This document shows, piece by piece, positions 47,879 to 59,700 of a stretch of 64,000 nucleotides of DNA. The notes under the pieces were generated by a model. It saw only the letters and a list, made by a program, of their open reading frames with translations, was not told the origin of the DNA and searched no databases. The translations under genes were made by a program, and so were the position numbers. The DNA lies in IMG/VR virus record IMGVR_UViG_3300021197_001353, one strand, 5' to 3'. Each line of letters starts with the position of its first letter. Positions within the stretch are counted from its first letter, which is position 1. Source of the stretch: an uncultured virus (IMG/VR IMGVR_UViG_3300021197_001353) (taxonomy: Duplodnaviria > Heunggongvirae > Uroviricota > Caudoviricetes).

Positions 47879-50733
47879 TGGCATATAAGTTCCAACCATA
47901 TGTAAGCATGTACGTTGATCCTCAGTCAGTGAAGATCAACGAAGTGCTACGCAAAAGATACGTAGACAACTTTGCTGCTGAGAACATGCTGGATAAAAGC
48001 ATGCAGGACATGCTTGTTGCCGCAGAGTTTGAAGGCGATATGCAGAAAGCAAACGAGCTTAAAGCAAAGATCCAAGAGAGTGCTCAAAGCCGTTCTCAAC
48101 GAGGTGACTACGAAAGCTTGGGTATGAACATCCAGCGTGATGTCAGCGACTTCTACAAAGAGTACAAACCTCTGGAGCAGAATTACCAAGCCCGTGAGAA
48201 AGACAAGCAGGTAAAACAGGAGCAGTTGTCTAGAGGTATCATCACCAACAGTGAGTACGAATCTTGGTTGGACTACTCTATGTACAACAAGCAAGAGGAT
48301 GGATCATACGCTAGACGTCAAGGCATACAGTACGATGACAACGGTAACCTAGACAGGACCAGCATGTACCAGTCTGTAGGTATTGAAGCCACGGTAGATT
48401 ACAGTGAAGAGATACGTAAAGGTTTGCAAGGTCTGCCTGCTTCAAAGAGCGGGGGCTACCAAATATCTGGTGTGAAACCACAGAAAGATGCAAACGGGAA
48501 CGAGGTAAAGGATGAGTTCGGGAACACTGTGATGGTTGCGTATGATAGCAAGGGTAAGATCATCGAAGAGATTACCCCTGACCAGATACAGTCTGTCGTA
48601 CAGAACGTATTCAGAGACCCCCAGGTAAAAGCTCACCTCAATCAAACAGGTGAGTTTGCTACATACAACTTGGGAGAGCAGGATCTTAACAACAAGTTGG
48701 CTGCTAGAATCCAAGAGGTGGAAGAGAGACTTACTGTTGCTGGAGGTGACAGTAGACGCAAACTACAAGAAGAAATTGGTGATCTCCAAAAAGCTTTGGA
48801 GGGCACAGATGCTGAGAAGAGAGCAGCTGCTAAGCGTTCTCACATCAATGGCATATACGACAAGTATCTTGAAGATACAATCGATGCAAGAGCGTACAGA
48901 ACCGAGTACGGTGGTGGTTACGGAGAGCAGCTTTCAGAGGGCTATAAGATTAGACTTAGAAATGATCTGACTGAGGCAAGATCTGCTGCTAAAACACAGC
49001 AGGAATCCCTCGGCGACTACAGTACTTACATCGGCATATCAGGTGGTGACCCACAAACTGTGAGTAATCCATTTGATGCAGACGGGGACGGTACAGTTAC
49101 GGCTTCTGAGGTGCAGCAAGCTAAACGCGTTGCAGAGGCTGCAAGACTCACCACAGTAAGTAATCTTCTTGAAGCACACCCAACCATACTCAGCTCTTTG
49201 GGTGATTTCCAAGGACAGACTGAGGATGAGCAAATAGGTGAGGTGGGAGACTTCCTTGCCAAGATGAGTGACGCACAGTTAGGTACTGTAGCTAGTCAGA
49301 TAGCCGAAGAAGAAGGCATAAGATTGGAAGTCGCACAACAGGATGTTAGAATAGCAAGGCAGACCATGCTCAGCGCAATGGAGGAAGAGTCAGCTGCTAG
49401 AGAGATGGTAACTAGAATCAACAAGGAGGCAGGATTCACAGGTGAAAGCCTGGTAGAAGCAGCCAAAGCTGCATCAGACTTTAAGTTTGATCCTACTATC
49501 ATAGGAGACATGTCACCGCAACAGGTTGCTCAGGGTGTAGCCAACAGCATCGTACACAACATTGTTAGGGGAGGTCTAGGAGATGAAGGAAACATACAGA
49601 TGACGTTTATGGATCAGAAGAGTGGGGAGCAGGTTAATCTTGCAGGTATTCTTACACCACTCCTGACTGCAGACGTAGCCGCAGGCGGTTTTGGGATGCA
49701 GGAACAAGAAGCAGCTGACATCGTTGAAAGGGCAGTAGAGATAAACAGACAGCTGCAAGAAGCACATCCAAATGAGTTTGCTATGTCAAACCAATACAAC
49801 CTGAACCTCAGACTCAACGATCTTGGTGTTTCTGACACCTTTATAGCTACACGAGGAGGAGGCAGTGGAGATAGAGTAAGTATACAAAGACAATTCCCCA
49901 CACTGACAGGAGAAGCCATAAGCTCAATTGCTGGGCTTACTGCAGATTACAGCGGTGCATACATTGATGCATTCAACACAGCCAGCGCAGCAGTCAGAGA
50001 GAAGTTTGCAGGCAACAGCACATCCCAAGTACAGTTCGAAAGAAGTAACCGTGCGCTTGAAGACTACGATGGAGAAGCATCTAAAGCAGTAGTCAAGACG
50101 TTTGTGGGTCAGGATATCTCAGTGCTCAGAGGACTTGAAGACACCAATGGTAATATGATAACCGTGAACGAAAACGGTGTAGCATCTATAGGAGACGTAG
50201 CGATGTCTAAGGTTAACACTGCGGCCAAACAGCAGAAGATAGAGGGTGTCAGGTTTACCAGATACATAGGAGAAGACGGCACTGCTAGGCCTGCACTGGC
50301 CATGACATTGCCTGGAGGCAGAGAAGTAGTTGTAGACCAAAGTCAAGCTGCATCTGGTGTGAAAGACGTAGACGGAACGTCGGTGCAGAACTTAGAAAAT
50401 GCTATCGTAGGTACTGGAGTTACCAGTGATATTCTTAATAGAGTATTCGTACGTATGGCTACAGATCCTACAGCACAGCAACATGTTCTGCAAGTACCTG
50501 AGTTTAGCGGTAACGGAGGCAACTGGACAGTAGAGTTTAAACCTACTTACATAGAAAAGGAAGACGTACAGATGCAAACTGGGTTCAGCAACATCGTAGT
50601 TATGAAAGATGGACAGCCTGTTGAGTTCTTCTTGCCAAACGGTAGAGGCGTGGTCAACATGACACAGTCTGAGTTTACCGCAGCCATGGCAGTTGTCCAG
50701 AGAAACATGAGAATAGCCGCTGGGTATGCTTAA
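47878..50733 (+). CDS. Virion cargo (ejection) protein 2
   Basis: 951 aa, helical; YVSMYVD N-terminus; position in the cargo cluster. Confidence 0.7.
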   Translation: MAYKFQPYVSMYVDPQSVKINEVLRKRYVDNFAAENMLDKSMQDMLVAAEFEGDMQKANELKAKIQESAQSRSQRGDYESLGMNIQRDVSDFYKEYKPLEQNYQAREKDKQVKQEQLSRGIITNSEYESWLDYSMYNKQEDGSYARRQGIQYDDNGNLDRTSMYQSVGIEATVDYSEEIRKGLQGLPASKSGGYQISGVKPQKDANGNEVKDEFGNTVMVAYDSKGKIIEEITPDQIQSVVQNVFRDPQVKAHLNQTGEFATYNLGEQDLNNKLAARIQEVEERLTVAGGDSRRKLQEEIGDLQKALEGTDAEKRAAAKRSHINGIYDKYLEDTIDARAYRTEYGGGYGEQLSEGYKIRLRNDLTEARSAAKTQQESLGDYSTYIGISGGDPQTVSNPFDADGDGTVTASEVQQAKRVAEAARLTTVSNLLEAHPTILSSLGDFQGQTEDEQIGEVGDFLAKMSDAQLGTVASQIAEEEGIRLEVAQQDVRIARQTMLSAMEEESAAREMVTRINKEAGFTGESLVEAAKAASDFKFDPTIIGDMSPQQVAQGVANSIVHNIVRGGLGDEGNIQMTFMDQKSGEQVNLAGILTPLLTADVAAGGFGMQEQEAADIVERAVEINRQLQEAHPNEFAMSNQYNLNLRLNDLGVSDTFIATRGGGSGDRVSIQRQFPTLTGEAISSIAGLTADYSGAYIDAFNTASAAVREKFAGNSTSQVQFERSNRALEDYDGEASKAVVKTFVGQDISVLRGLEDTNGNMITVNENGVASIGDVAMSKVNTAAKQQKIEGVRFTRYIGEDGTARPALAMTLPGGREVVVDQSQAASGVKDVDGTSVQNLENAIVGTGVTSDILNRVFVRMATDPTAQQHVLQVPEFSGNGGNWTVEFKPTYIEKEDVQMQTGFSNIVVMKDGQPVEFFLPNGRGVVNMTQSEFTAAMAVVQRNMRIAAGYA

Positions 50734-50738
50734 CTTTG
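50731..50738 (+). promoter_or_regulatory. Possible -7 element (TAACTTTG) before the giant RNAP gene
   Basis: TAnnTTTG overlapping the upstream stop codon, 6 nt before ATG 50745. Confidence 0.45.
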
Positions 50739-50744
50739 TAAAAC

Positions 50745-53700
50745 ATGTCTGAACCATTAGATCCAGTAACAGGCCTACCTGTAAAAGAAGGCCCTACCGA
50801 TCCCGTAACAGGTTTGCCTGCTGTGGGACCACTCAATCCTTTTTATAGATCTCCGCTCGCGGGTACGACTGTGTATACAGGAGACTCTGATAAGTATAAA
50901 GACTACAACGTACCACTAACTCCATACGGAGACATAGACGAGGCACGTGCCCAGAACCAGTCCGCCTGGGAACAGGTACGTAATGGCTTTGGTAAGGCAG
51001 CAGTTACAGCAGCAGGAGCTACAGCAGAGAACACCCTTGGATATGCTATGGGTCTTGGAGACTTCGTACTTAGTGGGTTCGAAGACTTTGATGAATCTAT
51101 GACAAACAACCCCGTGGGTAGATTTGTGGATGAAGCAAACGAATACGCTAGAGAGCATCTCCCCAACTACTATACAAAAGAGGAGGAAGCAAACACAGGT
51201 AAGATTGGGAACATCTTTACTGCAAACTTCCTAGCTGATAAGTTCCTGAACGGAGCAGCATACTCACTGGGCTCTATTGCTAGCATGTATTTGACAGGCG
51301 GCACAGGTCTAGTTGCAAAAGGATTGCTCGGTGCTGGTAAGATGAGTAATGCTATGGCAGCACTCAAAGCTGCACGTGCAGTCAAGTCAGGTAAGCCCAT
51401 TAGAGAAGCCATGCAGGCTGGGGCTAGCCTCAACAGAGCAAAGAACGCATTTGGTTACTTGGAGGGTGGAGCCATGATGTCTATTGCAGAGAGTGCAGTA
51501 GAGTCAAGAGAGGTAGGGAAGAGGGTGAAGGAAGAACTGCAGCAAGAGTTTATGCAGCAACGAGGTCTCAGCAATCCCAATGACATACCAGCACACGACA
51601 GGGCACGCATTGAGCAGTTTGCAGAAGAGCAGGAGACGTTAGCATTCTACGGCAACATGGCTGTGTTGATGCCAACAAACCTGATGATGTTCGGCAAAGC
51701 ACTAAGACCATTCAAGGCTGGTAAAGATGCTACCAACACAATAGTAAAGACTGCAGCAAAGGAGGGGGAGAAGAAAGCATACATCACTGCGTTAGACAAC
51801 CTGCCCGGGTATGCTCAGAAGGGGGTAGCTGTAGGGCAGAAGATAGCTCCTTTCATAGAGGGTGCAGCCATAGAGGCGTTCCAAGAAGGAGCACAGTACT
51901 CTATATCTGAGGCACTCAACGACTATGCTTTGGCTAAGTACAAGGAGGATGACGGTAGTGCAGAGCTAGCAGACGGATTGTTGCAGGGTGCTTTTTACAA
52001 GTCAGCAAAAGATGCATCAGCTGTGCTCGGGGAACAGATCATGAAGACTGTTAACAGCCCTGAGGGCAGAGAGCAGATGTTGATTGGTGGTCTGGTTGGT
52101 TTGTTGTCTGGTGGTCTTGGTGGTGGTGGTAGATCTAGACGTAAGGCAAAGGACAAAGCCACAAAGAACGCACTTGACAAATTCAACCTCAGCGACCAGG
52201 CATTTGTAGGAATGTCCGAGCGGGCTGACCACAACAAGCTGCAGAAGCTCTACATCAAGATGATGGAGGGAGCAAGAGAAGCGGGGGACCAAGAGTCCTA
52301 TGACAATGCACGCCACGCACTACTTGCTCATGAAGCCATGTTCCACATAGAGCATGGTACTACGGACATGTACAAGGACAGACTTGAGGAACTTAAGAAC
52401 CTCCCAGCAGAAGAGTTTGCCAAAGTCATGAACATGGATACTGCTACAAAAGAAGAGCAGACAAAGATCATTGATGATGTCATCGAATCTGCTGAGCGGA
52501 TGGAGATGAATTACAATGCCATCTATGACAGATTCCCAGGCACCACTCCTTCCACAGGTTTGAAAAAGGCTCTTATGTCTAAGGAGGCATTGAAAGAGGA
52601 GAAGGCATCGCGGCAGGACGAAGAGCTCATGCGCCGCAGCATGCTGTACTACAGCTCTGTGCAGGGAAATAGAACTACGAGAACCAACGACGCTCTGGAT
52701 AGAATCTCTGAACTTGATACCCAGTTTGACCGCAGTGTTGTAGACATCTTCAGAGATAGCAAGTACAACCAGCGTCAAGAGGGTGAGGAAAAACAAACAC
52801 AACCTGACAGAGCAGAGTACGAAAGAGAGAAGGCAGCCACCATAGAGAGAGTTTCTCAGCTTGATGCTATTGCCGGAGAGATTGTAGCGAAGGAGTTCGA
52901 GAAGATCGAGGGCTTGATGGACGAAAGAGACAGAGCTTACAATGCTTACAAGGAACTGATGACCAACCCTACAGAGCGTAGGGGATATTTGCAAAGACAG
53001 AGGGCCAAACAAGAAGCTCTCAAGCAAGAAAAGCTAGATGCTCTTGGAGACAAAGCTGTTGAAGAGACTAATACAGATCAGGAACTTTCTGAAAAGCTGA
53101 CAGGTTTGAAAGAGGCTGGGGTATCTGATGAAAAGCTTGATGAGCTCCGGCAGGTAGCAAACGACAGAAGAAACCAAGCAGCAGCAGCTGAGATGAGGTT
53201 TGCTCGTATGAAAACAAGCGAACTCAAGGGGCTGCTTAACGACGATAGCTTGTCTGCTATTGAGCGTGCTGCTATACAGAGAGAGCTTGAAGAGTTGAGA
53301 CCAGAAGGCCAGGAGGCACCACGTGAGAGATCACCACAGCCCACGACCGAGTCGGTGAACAAAGATGTCAACGAGTCAGCACAAGAAGCTGACGGTACGC
53401 AGTCTAACAAGAGCGCACAAGAGAAGTTGGCAGAGAAAGCCAACAAGAAGAAAGTTGGTAGAGGTGCGGGGGAGCTTCAGACACGGCATGATGGACAAGG
53501 AGAACTATCTGCATCAGGCGACACACACTTGGTATCTACATCAGGTGAGCTGCTCCCCAACCCTGAGTACCATACTGTAGGTGAGGATGAGAAGCCACTC
53601 ATAGATGGTAGAGAGATGCTGGCCACACCAGACTTGGTTGGGAGAGAGGTTATTCTTAGACCCGTAGAAACCAATTGGTGGTTGAGAGAGGGGCAGAGAC

Positions 53701-56700
53701 TCGATCCAGAGAACCCACACATCCACATGCCTATTGCTGTGGAGATAGACGGAAAGGTTATCGGTGTGCTTGGTTCAGGCAACACGCAGATGAGAAAGGC
53801 GGTCCTTGACAACCCGACCGGTTCGATCACAACTACGATCACTGATCGTATGCTGAACAACCTCATCACTGCTACATCCATGGAGAACAACGTGGCTACA
53901 GGCAGCCCGTTCTTCTTCAACCCCCAAGACCTTGGTGACTCCTATCTCGCAGTAGTAAGAATCAACTCACAGGGTGAGCTGTACTACGACCTCAACCTCC
54001 CTGAGGACATGGAGGCTGCAGGTATTAGTGCTGAGGAACAGGAGGCACTCACCAAGTCACTGCAAAAGAACGAAGCTAGGCTCAACGAACTGCGTGAGGA
54101 CGGCAGTGAAAGACTAGCACCTGGTCAGCTTGTGATGTTCCGTCGTGACCCTAACGGTGACCTCAGAGTTATTGTGGGTAGCACCAGCAACCTCACAGAA
54201 GCTGACGTACAGTTTGCTCTTGACCAGATGGCTAAGGGCGATCAGGAAGCACTCAAGGCATTGGTGGGTCTGAATGCACAGTACGACCTCGAGGCTATGG
54301 CAGCCAACAAAGCACAGAACTCCAAGAGACTTCTGTCTGAAGCTGCCGGTGACCTTGTACTCTACACGTTTGACCCACTCGATGCACAGGGCAACAGAGT
54401 GTTGAAGCCTGGTGAGATGGCACAGGTCAGCGACAAGATGATTGCTCGCATGATGGCGGGTGAAATGATACCTTGGAATGAACTCGAACCTATCGAGCGT
54501 CAGAAGATGGTTGTCATCCCTACTGTATCAGCAGAGGGTGGTGTCAACACCAAGGGTAGGCCTGAGTCAGACACTGATGCACAGGCTAGAGGTAAGGATA
54601 TCTACGAGAACCTGCAAGGTTACCTTACTAACTTGCTGCAAAACAAGAAGATACACGTAGAGGCATCACTGTTGAACCAAACTAGGTTTGGCAGTAAGGA
54701 AGCATTCCCACACCCAGCAGGTAGACGGACTGCACCATACAACAACTACGAGGAGTATCTCTTCGACCCACAGAATGGTCAGCAAGGCAATGGCTTCTCT
54801 GGTATCTTCAGAGTACAGACCAAAGAACGTAACGGCACTGTCTACACAGACGTGGGCCTGAAGTTCTCACCTGCATACAAGGTGAACGGTGAGCAGGTTG
54901 ACCCTGCTACGACAGTCGTGGCTGAACCCAAGCAAGAAAAGAAGCCTGCCAAGCCGCAGGGTGCTAAGCCTAAGAAGAAGACACGCAAGAGCCGTAGTAA
55001 GACAGGCAAGAAAGGTGGTGTCAGCAAGGAGAAGTTTGAGAGTCAGAAGGAAGAGGGTCCTACAACCAGTGGAGGTATAGTTACGGGCAGTGCTGCACAG
55101 ATAGCCAAGGTAGCCTATGAGAGCTTGATGGCGACAGGACAGACCTCTCAAGAGGAGGCGCTACGTCAAGCAAGACAGATCTTCCCGCCCTTCGCACCAA
55201 AGCTTGGGACCAAGAAGTCCAAGGTGTTGGACAAGAAGAAGTCCGAGGCATGGCTGAAGAAGAGAGGCATACCAGTAGAGTGGTACGATACAGCACAGAA
55301 GCTGGGTGGTGCACACTTGCATGGTTACTACCAGAACGCAGCAGTATATCTGTGGACCAATGGTGCTGCAGGCACAGAGTTTCACGAGGCATTCCACTTC
55401 GTGTTCAGATCATCTGTAGATGAGAAACAGAGAGATGCTTTGTATAAGGAGATGCGTACACGCATCAACAAGAGCGATGAGCTCAAGGAGACATACGACC
55501 AGAAGCTCGCAGAACTGCGCAAGGCATTCCCCAATGCATCAGTAGAGCTGTTGGCCTTGGAGGAGATGATGGCTGATGAGTTTGCTGACTACGTGACAAC
55601 ACAAGAGGAGACAGCAAAGACACTCCCTGCCAAGATCAAGAAGTTCTTCAAGGACTTGTATGCTATCATCAAGTCACTGTTCAAGAATCCTCTCACCATG
55701 AAGGAGCTGTACAGTGTCATTGAGAGTGGGTACAAAGCGTTCCCTGCAGAGAGAGGTACATCGTTCATGCAAGACATGGCACCTCGTATGGTGCAGGAGT
55801 ATGCTGATGAACCAGAGCTGCATCAGGACATAGTCAACACACTGGTGACTGACTTCGAGAACCAGTACAAGAAACTGCAAGAGTCAGGTAAGACAGCTGC
55901 GGAGATAGAGCAGGACGTATTGCAGTTGATGGGCGACAGCGCTACCAACAGAGGTAAGATTGCAGAGACAGCATTGCTGAGAGGATTCTCTCTAGCAGAC
56001 AGAGAAACTATTGATGAGAACTCAGAAGAGTTTGAACAGTTGAAGGCTGCCTTCCACGACAACACATCTGAATTGGGTAGGGTAGATCAAGAAGGCTTTG
56101 AGAATACAATAGAAGAGCTAAGCAAGAAAGGCATCTTCGCCGTAGCGCCTAAAGGGATCAACGAGGTGATCGATGACATGGGTTACGAAGAGACCATGCT
56201 GCTGTCCGAAAGTATGCAGAACGTATACTTCTCTTGGATGGACGAGATAGCTGACCCTAACACAGGGAACATAGCTAGCTCTGGGTGGAGAACTGCAATG
56301 CTTGATGAACTGCAGTTGTATGGGTACACCTTCGGTGATACCAGACTTGCAGAGAATGCACTGTCCGAGGACGAGATGGACCAGTACGACAAGATCTACT
56401 CACTGGGTTCATTCGAACAGCTACCTGACGAAAGGTTGTCCCCTAGCGCGCGTGCGTTACTACATAGCATTAGCGACCCAACCCCCAATGAATTGGGGCT
56501 GTACGTAAACTACAATGGATTCGAGTTGTACCGCAAGGCAATCAAGACTGTAGCGGGTGCAGATACCATCAATGAGATGCGTACTAAACTTAGAGGTAAA
56601 GCAGCTGTAAGCCCTGAACTTGGTGAGCTTGCCAGCTTCCTTGAAGATGAGAACACACCAGGGTGGGCGAAGGCCACACTCTTCAGAGCACTGCGTGTTG

Positions 56701-59700
56701 ACTACACAAAGAACGTGACTGTCGTACAGTCATATGATAAGAAAGGGGGAGTCACACAGAAGAGCACGAAGATTGTAAACTCTGATAACTCTAGCGCTGC
56801 ACGGCAAGCACTGCAGGAGTGGAGAGCAAATGCAATACAGGGTGAAAAGGTGGACAAGCCTACCGCTGTGTATGTGCAGACAGAGGAGGGACTCAGAACG
56901 AAAGACACATCCAAAGAAAAGCTGCAGCGTGCACAGCTTGCATACAAAACATTTGCTGAGGGTGAGACAATAGCCGACAGAGCACTTGGTTTATCTGACT
57001 TGTTGTGGGAGGTTGGTGTCCGCTTTGGGGACAACCAGACTACAGCAGCTATGAACCTGCAGACTTACCTGACAGCTATGGCTGAGAAGGATGGTGTGAC
57101 AGAAGCCAAGGTATTCCAAGATCTGATCGACAACATACAGATTGCAAACATGGTGAAGGCTATGTTTGAGACTGCGGGTGGTAGAAGAATCACTGATATC
57201 AAAGCAGTCAAGGAGAACCCAACCAACATCTTCACAAGTGAGGGTAGTTCTATAAACTACCTTGGTGAACAGGTCATGGGTTTTGTTAACTCAGGCAGCA
57301 TGGCAACGTTTGTGTCAGGTGGTAAGACTCTGTCTGCATTCCAATCTCCCACAGACATGAACGACATGCTTAAGGAGATGGGTCAGCCTAGCACGCCCAA
57401 CACAATGTCCAATTTGAAGAGCGACATGACACAAGATCCGTCGTTCTCTATGGGCAATCAGATTCCCTACCAGATGTTTATCTACAGACTGATGGGTAAG
57501 CAGACATTCAAGCCTGAGGTACAACAGGTCTCATTGCTTAGAGATGAGGAGGACAACGGTGGTGACGAGTACAGACAGTTGACTCCTAGGCAGGAGCTGC
57601 AACTGAAGATAGACATGTACCTGAACAACGGTAACAAAGCAGACGCACAGTATTTCGTATCCACACAAGAGACAAGAGGCAGGTTCCAACCTGTAGCCAT
57701 GCCGCGATTCACTCGTAAGAGTGCTATGCAGAAGCACGGTATCACTGACAACTCAATGCGTGGTTGGATACGTGGTGCTATTATGCAGGAACTGGTACGC
57801 GTAGGTAAAGCTAGAGACGAGGTACGTTTGGTGGAGAAGGGAATCATGAAGTCTGAGGATCTCCTCGAGGGTTACCATGACGGAGGATATAACTTCATAG
57901 CCATACCCGGTGTAGAGGATACTATGTTCAACGAGCAGTACCTGTCCGACATGATCTATCAGGGTATCACCAATGGGCACATCACCCCCAACCTTGTAGC
58001 TTCGCAGTATGAAGAAGCCATGGGCGCTGTTACTGAGATGGCAAACAGGTTCATGCAGGCTACGCTAGAGACAGCAGTATCAGAGTTGAAGGATCAGATC
58101 GTTGAGTACAACCTGTGGAATGCTGAAGAGAAGGATGAGAAGACCGGTAAGGTTATCAAGAAACTCCGCCACAACTTTGACAACAAAGCCATGGAGCGGT
58201 TGTACAAGAATGACCTAGACCTCATGCTGAGAGAGTATGTAGAGAATGACTTCATCTTCCGCTACGAGATGTCACGTGTTACACGTGGCAACATGGCATT
58301 CCTCAAGCCTGGTAACCAGCTTATCGATTTCTATAAGCGTAATGGTCTGCTCAACTCACCGGGTATAACTATGTTCATCAGAGAGGAAGAGGGAGGCTAC
58401 GGTGCTGACCCCTTCATGAACGTTGCCAACATGCAAGACACTTGGATATACGACGAGGCACACAATGTGATTGCAGATAGAATACAACAGTCTGTACAAC
58501 GAAGCTTAGAGTTGCAGGGTATGGACGCATCTCTTGCCAAAGAAGAAGCTAAAGCAATAGCTGACGAGTACAAGACTACAGCCAATGGTAAGGGGTCTGA
58601 CGCACAGGCATTCTTGAGTGAAGAAGGAACTAGACAGTTCATGATGGGTGAGGGTCTGTGGAACAAAGAACTCAGACAGCACCCAGACGGTAGATTGCTG
58701 ACAGATGACGAGTGGTTCCAAGAGTACATGGAGAGTGACGAAGCACCATGGCTTGCTCCTACCACCCCAAGGAAGTACATGGCACTGCACACATTTGCAA
58801 TGGGCAATACGTATGCCCCATCACTGCAGAAAAACTCTTTCGTCTCGCTGACTAGGGACTTCACTGCAGGTCACCCACTCCTTGATAAGATGCGTAGAGA
58901 AATGCGCGCTAAGAACATCCACGTTGTCAACACAATCAGTGGTGAGAAGGGGGCGAAGCGTGCTGTAGCAGACTACGAGAACGGGGGTGAGCTGATAGGT
59001 AAGCCCATGGAGACTCGTAAGTTCAGACAGTCACAGACTATCATGGACAAGAAGTCTAGCAACGTGAGGCTGAACATTCAGATCACCAAGAACCAGTTCG
59101 CTGGTATACAGCTAGAATCAAACGAGTACAAGTATGATGCAGGAGTTAAAGGGGTTGAGCGTCAGGTCTCAGGACAGCAGGTGTTCACTGACTTCCACGA
59201 GAGCTTTGTAGAACTGCAGCGTAGAGCATTTGATGACATGAAGCAGGAGCTTGGGTTCGATGCTCTCATGCAGCCACTGACAGAAGAGGCACGTAACCTT
59301 GCTAAGCTGCAAGTACTGCAGAACATACGTAAGCTGTTCATACAACAGAAGATTAAGAACAACATGCTCGATGACAACGTCGTCAAGCAGATGGAGATTG
59401 TCAAAGACTTTGACGGTAGCTATAACTTCGCTCTACCGATGACGTTCGCACAGAACCAGAAGGAGTACGAGAACATGTTCTGGGCAATCTTTAAGAAGCG
59501 TATCCTACGCATGAACATGCCAGGTAAGGAGCTGGTACAAGTAGCATCACCCGGTGCGTTCTCTGTGTTCAACTTCAAGACCAAAGAGTATGAGCAAAGA
59601 GAGCTGCAATACATGAGTGTGGATGACAATGGGTATGCAGCACACGCAGAGGTCATGGTGAGGGCTGATATCCTTGAGAAGCTTGGACTACAGCCAGGAG

